A stretch of 64,000 nt of DNA, taken from the NCBI RefSeq assembly GCF_009914755.1, contig NC_060926.1, one strand, 5' to 3'. The notes under the pieces were generated by a model that saw only the letters and a list, made by a program, of their open reading frames with translations, made no database searches and was not told the origin of the DNA. This document shows, piece by piece, positions 53,095 to 64,000 of this stretch. The DNA is from the human T2T-CHM13v2.0 reference genome, Homo sapiens. A program made the translations under genes and the position numbers. Each line of letters opens with the position of its first letter. Within the stretch, counting starts at the first letter, position 1.

Positions 53095-53499
53095 TGGCAT
53101 CACCCTTTCCACTGACTGCTTTGAGTTAACCACCCTCACATCTGAGCAAACCCCACTTTGAACCACGATTCCCCTCCTCCCTCTGACTGCCTGCTACTTT
53201 CAACATCAGAGCACGGGAGTCTGTACTCCGCTTTTGGCACTTCAGCAGCAATAAAATATGACAGGTGATTGATTGTTGCATGTGTGCCAGCCTTGTCTTC
53301 CTAACTAGGGCTTTCACTCTCTGAGGGCAGGGAGCAGGGTTATGTTTCTCACCTCTCATAGGTTTCACCCCACATAGCACCAAAGGTCCAGGCACTCCAC
53401 AAATACAGAGAGCCCCTGAGTTCTCTCTCCTTGGATTTCGTTTCTAAAAAATATACACATCCGAGCAGCCTCATCCAACTCGGTTTTCAGCTATACACT

Positions 53500-53668
53500 A
53501 AGTCTTCGCTAGTCAAAGTGTGGTCCTCGGACCAGCCACATTGGCATCCACCTAGGAGCTTATTAAAAATGCACAATCTTAAGCCCTATACTAAACCCAA
53601 TGAATCAGTACCTACATTTAAGCAAGATCCCCAAGAGATTCAAATACATAGTAAATGTTGGGGGGCCT
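53500..53668. mobile_element. MER5A-like hAT-Charlie element
   Basis: tcaaagtgtggtcctcggaccagc...cacctaggagcttattaaaaatgcacaatctt...gcaagatccccaagagattc. Confidence 0.85.
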
Positions 53669-54538
53669 AGTTAAGCTACAGCCTGCCCCTCTCAGAATGG
53701 CACCCTTGGAGAGCTCAAAGAATATGCTCTCAGGCAGAGAAACTCTCACAGAAAAGTCTGCTCCTGGATCAAAGAGCCATAGAACTCAATCCAGCCACCC
53801 AGGATGGAGGAAGACACTGATGATTCAAGAGGTCCATAAGCCCGAGAGAAGGATTCACAGTGTCCAGAGAGAGAGCCACAGCCAGAGGCGAGGTTTTTGG
53901 AACCTGGCTCCAGAGGAGCATTGGGGGATGGAGAGGCTGGGTCTGCCAGCCCCTCCCACGCAGCCCAGCGTTCTTAGCCCACATGTAACCTTCAGCCCCT
54001 GCCCAGAGCAGTCAGTATGACAGTAATAATAGTCGTCACAAGAAAATGCAACCTCGATCATGCTAACAACTTTTGAAAAGTAAAATGCTGGGGATATGAT
54101 TTCAATTAAAACTCATATTGTCTGACTTGTCTCTCTGCATAGCAAAAGTTCACCTCCTCTCACCCTTGTACCGCCTCTTCTCCAAACTAAGGCAGACAGG
54201 AGGGGCTGTGTCAAGGCCTCCCCCAACCTTGAGGGGCAGGGGTCTCTGTGCCCAGCATCACTTCCCATTCCCGAGTCTACTTGGCCTCCATAGCAAAAAT
54301 GGCCTTCATGCTAATCTTACCCCAAAGAAATCTCAGGATAAAGAGAAGACTACAGGCAGAGTCTGAGTCTGTTCTCTCTTTCTTTCACTCTCTCTCAAGG
54401 TTTATGAATAAACAATTATGAACTTAAAAAGAAACTGCTCTTGTACAAATGGAAAGAGCCTAAATTCCTAGCCAGGGCCTGTGGCCATGCAGACAACCCC
54501 ACAGATTTGCTTCATTTGTGCTGAAGGTGGCTTTTCCT

Positions 54539-54783
54539 TTTTCTTTTTCTTTTTTATTATACTTTAAGTTTTAGGGTACATGTGCACAACATGTAGGTTT
54601 GTTACATATGTATACATGTGCCATGTTGGTGTGCTGCACCCATTAACTCATCATTTAACATTAAGTATATCTCCTAATGCTATCCCTTCGCCCCTCCCCC
54701 GACCCCACAACAGGCCCCAGTGTGTGATGTTCCCCCTTCCTGTGTCCACGTGTTCTCATTGTTCAATTCCCACCTATGAGTGA
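54539..54783 (-). mobile_element. Severely 5'-truncated L1PA4-like element (3' UTR only)
   Basis: ttattatactttaagttttagggtacatgtgcac...cccacctatgagtga; TSD tggctttt(c/t)ct at 54528-54538 and 54784-54794; TT/AGAA endonuclease site on minus. Confidence 0.93.
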
Positions 54784-56009
54784 TGGCTTTTTCTAAATCA
54801 ATCCTGATCTCTTAGCAGGTGAGTGCCAGACAGCCAGGTTGGGATGGGAAAACACAGGCCTAATCAGGATCCTGGTGCACACTTTTCCCAAGGAAATGAA
54901 ATTTCTGTGATCCTAGAGATCTCTAATGTCCATCTCAACAAGATGCTAAGCAGAATACAATAAACAAGTTTAACAACAAAACCATTTTGTTACATATAAA
55001 CCATCAAACTTGCATGCTTTCTAAGAAATTTATGAACAAATCCAACAGATGTTCATTGAGATTTAGTCTCCTTTCTAAATCTTCCTCCCATCTTTTCTTA
55101 CCAAAATAATGCCTATTCATTTTTTTAATTAGCTCAAACATTACCTATACAAAACTTTTCTAAGTCCTCCCCAATTTTGCACATGCTCTCCCATTCTCCT
55201 GGAGGCAAGTGTCCCCATTTGATGGAGGTTTTCGGGAGAAACAAAGTTAGCAATTGTTGCTTGGATGGCATCTGTTACTGTGAGGGGAACTGACTAGAAC
55301 TTGAAATTCAAATTAAGAATTATCTGTTGTAATGTCATATATATGTTCCCAATATACCTCACATTTTGTAAAAGCTCACATCAAAAGCAGCAGGGATTTG
55401 GAGAAATAAGGTCAAGGGCAGACCACTCAAAAAATGAAATTTCAACCAGGGCACGAAAAAAAATAATAACAATCAAAAATACAATAACAGAGGAGGTAAA
55501 TCGCCACTGGTACTTGCAGCTAGGATCACAATTACTCCATCCTTTGCATCTCTGATTTATGTATTTTCATATTTAACTTAGTTTAATTTCTTAAATTTAT
55601 TCCTTTGAGGCATAGGTCCTGAAGAGCATTTACATTTAATAGAGATCAGTTCAATCAAAATGAACTCCATGATTCAAGTTTTAAACCCCCTTTATCAGTT
55701 AATTTTTAACACTAAGGAAAGTGTATTCACAGCTTCCTCATTTGCAGTTATAGCTTCCCTAAATAGCTTAAAATAGAAGAAAGTACAATGTTATTATAGC
55801 TACCATATCATTCCATATTTGCCCCAAAATAAAGCATTATACAGGATTTCTAGCTTTTTTCTTAAGGTTTTCATATATTGCAAAGTGTTTCTCTTTAACT
55901 GATAACAAGCTTCAAGCTTGCTCCACCTTGTTTTGTTTCTCATTGCTGTTTTATTTTTTTTATGAGGGGTTGGTACTCAATAGGTATTTATGTTTTACTT
56001 TTATTTTGT

Positions 56010-56100
56010 GTTAATATCTTATATACTGAAGGTGTACAATATTATATTTTGATAGACATATACATTGTGAAATGATTACTTCAGTCCAGCATATTAACAC
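56010..56100 (-). mobile_element. L1MA 3' terminal fragment
   Basis: aaggtgtacaatattatattttgatagacatatacattgtgaaatgattac. Confidence 0.7.
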
Positions 56101-56230
56101 CAAAATGTTGAGTTAAAAATTACCATTATATTGACACAATTTTTCATATGGAAAGAAACCCACATTGTGGTAGAAAAGACTGTGTAGATGTTTGCAACTA
56201 ATGGAATCTGAATGTTTCAAACATCAATAG

Positions 56231-56659
56231 TGGGGTAGACAGAATAATGTCTCCCTCCCCAAAGATATCCACACCCTAATCCCCAAAATCTGTGACTCTG
56301 CTGCCTTAAACAGCCAAAGGGATTTTGAAGATATGATTAAGTTAGGAATCATAAAATTGGGTATTTAGGTGGGCCCAATGTAATCACAAGGGTCTTCACA
56401 AGAGGGAGACAGGAGGAGTGCTGGAGTTTTAGAAGAAGCTACTGGAGTGACATGGGGATGCAAAACAAGGAATATGGATACCCTCTAGAAGCTGGAAAAG
56501 GCAGAGAAATGGATCTTGCTCCATGGCCTCCAGAGAAGCATAGCCCTGCTGATCCATTTTAGACTTCTGACCTCCAGAACTGTCAGAGAATAAATGTGTG
56601 CAGTTTTAAGCCACTAAGTTAGTGGTAATTTGTTACAGCAGCCATGGGAAACTAATCCA
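56231..56659 (+). mobile_element. MLT1D-like MaLR solo LTR
   Basis: ggtagacagaataatg...aaagatatccacaccctaatcccc...gacttctgacctccagaactgt...aagccactaagttagtggtaatttgttacagcagc. Confidence 0.9.
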
Positions 56660-58019
56660 AAGAGTAAAATCACCAGTATGAGGTCAGCACCAGTCATTAT
56701 TACTTCATCTATCACATTTACCATCACCACCTTCCCAATTTTTCAACTGGGAAAACATTATGTAACTTTTTAGTGTGGGCGTACACCTGAAGAGCTGGGC
56801 AGGTATTGTCTCACAGCAGATGCTCACGTACTCAAAGATTCAGAGAATCAAGTGATAAATAGTAACTACAGGGCCTTTGTTAAATATTTAACACAAACTG
56901 AATAAATCCTTATACTTTCATGTTTTTAATAATGCTCCAACTTAAATAATTACTCAAAGTACTGTACAGAGAAATATTTATACCAAAGAAGTCTATCTAG
57001 CTATTGACTTCAAGGTCTTTAGAATCAATTATTATATAATTGGTGTAATGGCCTGAACTAAGTTTTATCCAAAATAGGAGAACTACTTGTTATACTTCCA
57101 AAACTGTGCATTGCTACCACCCAAGAACACTGAAAAGTAGGCATAAGATAGGGATTCCCTGCTACTTCAGACTGGACAAATAGGAAGACCCCAACCCTGA
57201 GCCACCACCCAGTAGCAGTGCACCAGCCTCACACCTCCTTACTCCAAGCTAAGTCCATGCTGATAGACACCTTTACTTTTCTGGACTAGAAGCAAGCAGC
57301 TTGTAAAAGTATGTAAAACACAATACATATCACAAAATACCATTCTCAAACCAACTCCCTCAACTTTCTACTAAACCACGTCTCAATGAAAAAAGAAAAA
57401 AGAGAAACAGCCAGACTCTAGCACCTCCTCCGGGAGTCTCAGAAGGCTGCTGTGACTGAGCTCAGGGTTCACGGCAGCGACTGTCCATGTTGCACAAGCC
57501 TGTTTTAGCACGATATTGCCTCCTCATCTCACCACCACTTTTTGCAGTTAAAGTATCATGGTCATATTTTTGACTTCGGGTATAAGACTGAGAAGCCTCA
57601 ATGCTTCACTTTTCTGGTGCTTACTCAACACATTTCTAGATTAAAAACAGTATTAGTGAAGTGGTGTTATCAATAGTCACTCAACAAACATAAAAACATA
57701 AGCCCTGGGGGGTTTATGAAAAGTCCACATGGAAACATGAACTGGATTTAGCTAATGGATCTGAGTCATGGGCTGGCAGAGCTCCTCCAACTACATGTCT
57801 CTTTTCCATCTCACTCCTGTCTTTCACCATCACTACTACCCTCTCACTCCCTAATATTTTCAGATTAGTCTGAGAGGGAATTTCAATTCTTTCCTCAAAG
57901 TAGGAAAAGTGAGCTTTTTTTCTGCTGGTACTCAGGAGAGTCAACTATGCTACGAATACGCCGAGTCACTCAGTGTTATGGGGGTTCAACTGCATCTCTC
58001 TTCAAAACAGAGTGCAGTA

Positions 58020-58821
<802 letters not shown>

Positions 58822-59849
58822 CCCTTTGCTTTTATTTCTCAACACAAAGTACCCATTTGAAAATGCCAAAACTAAAATGCAGTAAGTTGAAGAGACCTTA
58901 TTCAATAGGCATCCTCCTACCTCCACCCCAGAGGGGCTCTGCAGGTATCACACCCCATTCATGACTGAGAGTTGAGAGGCTGGGTGGGCTTCCATGAGCT
59001 TTGGCCCCTGGCATCTTACCAGAAAGAGGGGAACAGCAGATGGATGTTCCTGGCCTAAATGCCCAGAGCCCCCTGAGAGGAAAAGGAAGGAAGAAGTGAC
59101 TGTTACAGAAAAATTGGGTGGATAACTGCAAGAGGATTATGCTATAATAACAATGAGGATTGGATTTCATAAAATCCTCAGTTCATAAGTTCATGGCTGG
59201 AAACAAGGTCCCCCCGAAGCAGTTAGTTCAGCTGAGTCTCGAAAAGCGAGTGTGACTTTTATTTCTCTGCTTTCTCTGCTCTGTTAATAAGGCCTGGTAA
59301 GCGACTGCAGTCCAGCCGGACAATTAAGAAAACATAACTTGGCCCGGTGATGTGGAAAAGCAGTTGCCCACCCGGTGTGACTTAGAAACAGACAGAGCTC
59401 GACCCAACACCATGCAAAGACAGGAGGCAGAATCCCGGGTGCTGGTGATGGAGGACAGAAAGGGGAGAGGGCCAGTCAGATCCTGGGGAAGAATAAAAAC
59501 AAAATGAGCCTCAACAAAAAGAGGTCATGAGAGCGTTCCAGAAAACATCCGCTAACACACGTTTACAGTTCAGTGATTTCAGCGTTTAATGATGTCAGAG
59601 GTTGTTTCGCAGGTTACCTGGCAGAGGTGGAAAGCCTGTGATTCTGGTAATAACAACCACATTGCTCTGACTCCCCTCACAACAGGGGCAGAGGCTCCGG
59701 ATCCAAGAAGTGCTCTGGGGACAGCCAGTCTCAGCTCTGCGGGGCAAATGAGCACACCACAGTCACTCAAATCTGGAACCAATCATGTGATCCAAACCTG
59801 CATTGTACTGCCCATCCTCGCTTCATAACAAACTCCTAAAGCAAGGAAA

Positions 59850-60010
59850 GGAACAGAATATAGAACCCACCAGAAGACTCGGGCACTAGCCAAGTTTTAT
59901 TTGCCCGACCTGGGACACACATCCTCACCATCTCTGGGTCTCTATTCCCTCCTCTGTAAAATGAGAGTCAGACAGAATGATGACTTAACATCCTTTCTAA
60001 CTCCATAGTT
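59850..60010 (+). mobile_element. MIR3-like fragment
   Basis: ccatctctgggtctctattccctcctctgtaaaatgagag...acatcctttctaactc. Confidence 0.6.
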
Positions 60011-60719
60011 CTATTTTTTTTAATCATTTGATATATTTCCTTCTTTCTGAAAGCTAACATGAAGTTGCCTGCAGTAAATTTCTATGCTCCCCTGCTGGGG
60101 TATATTATTTCATATTGTTTCCTTTGTTGTGAAAATTACAACAGCGCAGAGTACAAAATGCCTGTCCTCTAAGTCAAGGCCATGACAATCTAAACAGAGG
60201 CTAGGAGTTCACCTAGGGCCCTGTCTAATAACTCAATGTTTTATGAGTTATTTTTCATTAAAGCTTTTGGGTTAGACACTGTAATCAGTACACTTTCTGT
60301 TCGGTCGTTGGTGTTTCTTATTGAGATGTTCTTTATGGCATAAAATAGGAGTAATTCGATGTTTATGAGTATTCTGAGGACACTTGAAGGTACCCTATCT
60401 GTAGGCACGTAAAGTGGATCATTAACATAAAAATTCAACTCATTCTTTACCCTAGTTCCCTTGGTACTTACTCCTGTTTTCCTATTTCATTTATTATTGC
60501 CTACTTAAACTGTAATAAATTGATAGTGCTATATTTAAATCTAGCACAGCTTTGTTGTTAATTTGTCCTCCGATTTCTAAGTTAGAGCAGTACCTATTGG
60601 ATATTATGCTATTCACAACATACAAATTCATGATCCCGTATTTTCAATATGAATGAATTCTTTGACCCTTTGGAATGGGCCCCTTGAAAGCTTTTTATCT
60701 GGGGGTGAGCAGAGATGAG

Positions 60720-61225
60720 GGGAGAAAGTGTTTTGTCTTATTTTCTACTTTGTCTGAGATCTAGGTCAGCTAACTGATTTCTTTCGCTGTTTTGTTTTCT
60801 GATATATTGCTGGCCATTATTTTATTTTTAATCCTTTTGTTATTTTGCCTTGACTAGGTCTCTTATTAACATTCAATTTAATTTAAACTAATCTGAGTGA
60901 TACTTTTCCTTGTAGTATAAGTCTGTTATATGTGTCTTTCTTTCTGTCATTTTTTACTATTTCCTTGCCATTTTTATCACCCAGCAGTTTTCTTCTGTCA
61001 TTTATTTATGTTTATCCTTGCCAAATCTTTACTGTCTTCTCTTTTTGGAATTTGTACTGTGCATACTTTGGTCTCCAAGATCTAGTTTCTATATCGCTAT
61101 CATTCCCTGATCTCTTTCCTTTTCCTTTTTCCTTAGAGTTCTGTTGTCAAATTCCTGTTTCTTCATTCATTGTTTTCCACAGTGTCAAGTCAGCCATTTG
61201 CTGTTTCAAAAGTTATTTTTAATTT
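60720..61225 (-). mobile_element. Possible ancient L1/HAL1 remnant
   Basis: Long T-rich strand skew typical of an antisense old LINE; no diagnostic motif read. Confidence 0.3.
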
Positions 61226-61306
61226 TTCCATAAATTACTTCAGGTAAAGTATTTATTCACATTGATTTTCTCCCTTTTTTTTTTTTTTAAAAAAAAAAGT
61301 CTTTGG

Positions 61307-61392
61307 TTTTTTTTTTTTCTTTTAATAATTGACACATAACAACGGCACCTATTTATGGGATATAATGTAATGTTTTAACACATGTATACATA
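61307..61392 (-). mobile_element. L1MA 3' terminal fragment with poly(A)
   Basis: aattgacacataacaacggcacctatttatgggatataatgtaatgttttaacacatgtataca. Confidence 0.75.
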
Positions 61393-61904
61393 ATTTGCTC
61401 CCATTACTTCACTGCTTCTACTCCCCTACTGAGTTTGGAATACTCATCAAATACTTTCTCAAATGTTCTTATTTTCGTACAGTGAAGTTACTTCAAGCAA
61501 ACAGTTCTGAGCTGTCAGGGTATTTCAGCCACCTCCTGACAGGCAGAAGGCCCTCAGAGGTCTGCCATCTTGCCTCGCCTAGCCGCTCGCAGGAAGAAAT
61601 CTCCCTTCTTTTGCCTTGCAGCTGGTGTTCACCTCTCTGCCTTAAGTATTCATGCAAGCCTTCAAAGTCTCCTTCCATTCTCTATTTAGCCAAGCACTTT
61701 GGGGTTGAAAGTTGAAAATAGCCAAAAACCCAGCTCAAACTAGATTAAGGATGCTCACGGGGAATGCAACAGAATGGACAAGGTTAGAATGGAGGCTTCC
61801 CCGAAAATTAAGCTCCAGAAGTTTAGTGCTTTCTTGGGGCTACTCTCTATTAAAAATATATATATTTTAAAAACTTTATTCATAGTGTAACAATACAAAT
61901 AAGG

Positions 61905-62095
61905 GGTCAGATAGCTGGGGTTCCAGTTATGACTCCAGCACTTTTTAGCTCTGTGGCCTTTCCTCACCTGTTTCTCCATCTGTAAAATAGTCGGAATATC
62001 AGTACTACCTCATAAAATCCTTACATGGATTAAATGAGGCAATGCATGCAAATTACAGCACCCAGCACACAATAAGGTTGACAATGTTATCTGAC
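61905..62095 (+). mobile_element. MIR
   Basis: ggtcagatagctgggttcc...tttctccatctgtaaaatag...tactacctcata...ggattaaatgag. Confidence 0.85.
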
Positions 62096-62559
62096 ATTGG
62101 CTCCATATTCAGGATTTAAGTTGGGATTTGTGAAAACCTGGTCTGCATCTTTCTGGCAGAAACTAATAGAAGAAACTCCACACAGATTAAAGATATTAAA
62201 GCAGGAAAAAAAAAAGCCCACACAACCCCACAATAGATTACCAACCCAAATACCTAGCATATGGAGTCAGGAAGCAGAAGACGTCATATCTGAGTTACAG
62301 CTGAAAGCTCCATCTCAGCACAGATGGGGGACACAGGACCCATGTCCATGTCTTGGGTAGGTGTGACCACTTCCACCAGGAACTATGCTCTGTGCTTCCT
62401 TGCATTGCTCATGGGGAACAAATGTTGCCTCTCTATGGAGGCCAGTGCCCTCTCCACCTGGAGTATTCACAGGGGGTCTCCTAGGATTCCCTCTCATTTA
62501 CTTCTTATGTAAAGACTTTTTTATTGAAAGTAACAAATATCCAAATCAAACTATAACAG

Positions 62560-62960
62560 GATCAGAAAGGATGGGGACAGAATGGGATCTGTATAAACAA
62601 CTAGACCCAGGTACTCAGCATTCTGAGGACTTCCCTGGAATCTCTAACTCTGCTTCTCCTGGTGTATACCTTTACTTATTTATTTATTTTTAGACAAATT
62701 CCTTCATGTGGTAGGATCATTGTTGTGGAGAATTCCAGTATCCTCTATTTTGTAACCTAACAGTGGCAGCTCCTGTTAAAAAATAACAAATACACCAACA
62801 AATTATTTTATTGGCCTGGCTTGAGTTAAAGGGCCATCCCTGAACCAACCAATTACTGTAGCCAAAGGAATAATGAGCTATTTGTCATCCCCCATCAGAA
62901 CTTCATATTTGATGTAGGCAGAAAGCAGTTCTCACAAAGAAGCAGATATTGTTTTGGGAA
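62560..62960 (-). mobile_element. Old MLT1K/L-like LTR remnant
   Basis: attggcctggcttgagtt...ccatccctgaaccaaccaattactgtagccaaagg. Confidence 0.5.
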
Positions 62961-64000
62961 GATAAACACTAAATAACAATAATACTTCCCTCATACACCA
63001 TCTCAGCTGTCAAATCAAGAGTGCTGACATTTAAACTATAATTTAACAGCTCGGACAATTAGAATGAACATTAACTGTAATACTGAAGTCAGACTCTAGA
63101 TATCACTATACTCTGCCAAGCATTATCTTGTCATTTGCTGGTCCATGGGGAGACTCAAGGGTTTCCAAAGGAGGTAACCACCTGGATATCAAGGACAGCA
63201 TGAGAGCACTCAAGACACTCCAGGAAGTACCTGTATGACAACCAGTATAAAAGTATTTCAGTATTTTTACAACAGTTTGCTCATTCCACTATATACTGGT
63301 TGCATTACATCTAACCAAATACCCAACTGTCCAGCATGTGGATGACACCCTTTACTATTCACTCATGTTGATAAAGATTTCTTTTCCTCTTTTCTGCATA
63401 TTCTGTTGCTTGCTTCAAGGTGAATTCGAAAGGGAAGAAACAGCAACTTTCATGCTAACAGCTTGCCTAGAAATGTCTGGAATTTTAAAGATAACATTTT
63501 TCACTATAAACCAAAACTCATGGATGCATGGAAACTTAGGAAACTGGTCTGGTCCCTGCATCTGAATGTGCCTTTGCTCCTAGAATGCCCAGGGACCTTG
63601 GAAGAAATCTGAATTCTACATTTGAGAGCAAGCATACTGTATATCAGGGTCCAGAGAAGTGAGTCCCAAATATGATTTTGCTGTCTCCAAAATCTTGTAA
63701 AAATGCAGATATGAGTCTTTGAATGTTTGGTTGTATTTATTTTGTCATTGTTATTTCTTCATTTTGCTTGAGATTTATGAAAACTAAAAACCACAACTGA
63801 ATATTCCTCATACCCCACTAATTGTTCTATAGAGAAACCTTTCTGTTCCTTCCTAATCTCAACTGGACTCAGCCCAACTGGAATAAACCGAGGAGCTTTA
63901 TCAAGCTGATTAAACCCTCCCGCCACACACATGCATTCCCTCCCTATTCCCCAAATGACCACATACTTTAAAGAAAGAGACCACAATTAGTATCTTGAAG

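Noticed and set aside
60084-60100. CTCF-like CCAGCAGGGGAGCA on minus
   Set aside because: One G short, which puts the 3' half of the core out of register

Overview
Non-coding, repeat-rich primate DNA, most likely hominid (human or great ape), judged from Alu J/S elements and an L1PA2-type insertion. I find no host protein-coding exon, RNA gene, CpG island or prokaryotic-type system. The only ORFs with recognisable proteins are broken LINE-1 ORF2 pieces; the others look like chance or Alu-derived ORFs. The window is a layered record of mobile elements: old L2, MIR and L1M; MaLR/ERVL solo LTRs (LTR33, MLT1, MLT2, MST); DNA transposons (Tigger4, MER5A, MER91); and younger Alu and L1PA insertions, many with readable target-site duplications (TSDs). 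The best-supported structure is a three-level nest at 22.7-25.6 kb (MIR, then MST LTR, then a twin-primed 5'-inverted L1PA5) with readable junctions. Other points of interest are an L1PA2 with a probable short 3' transduction, small complex duplications and several candidate enhancers (NRF2/MAF ARE, AP-1 plus TEAD cluster, CpG-retaining patch). I cannot support a previously undescribed biological system. Subfamily names come from remembered consensus sequences, and boundaries of old elements are approximate.
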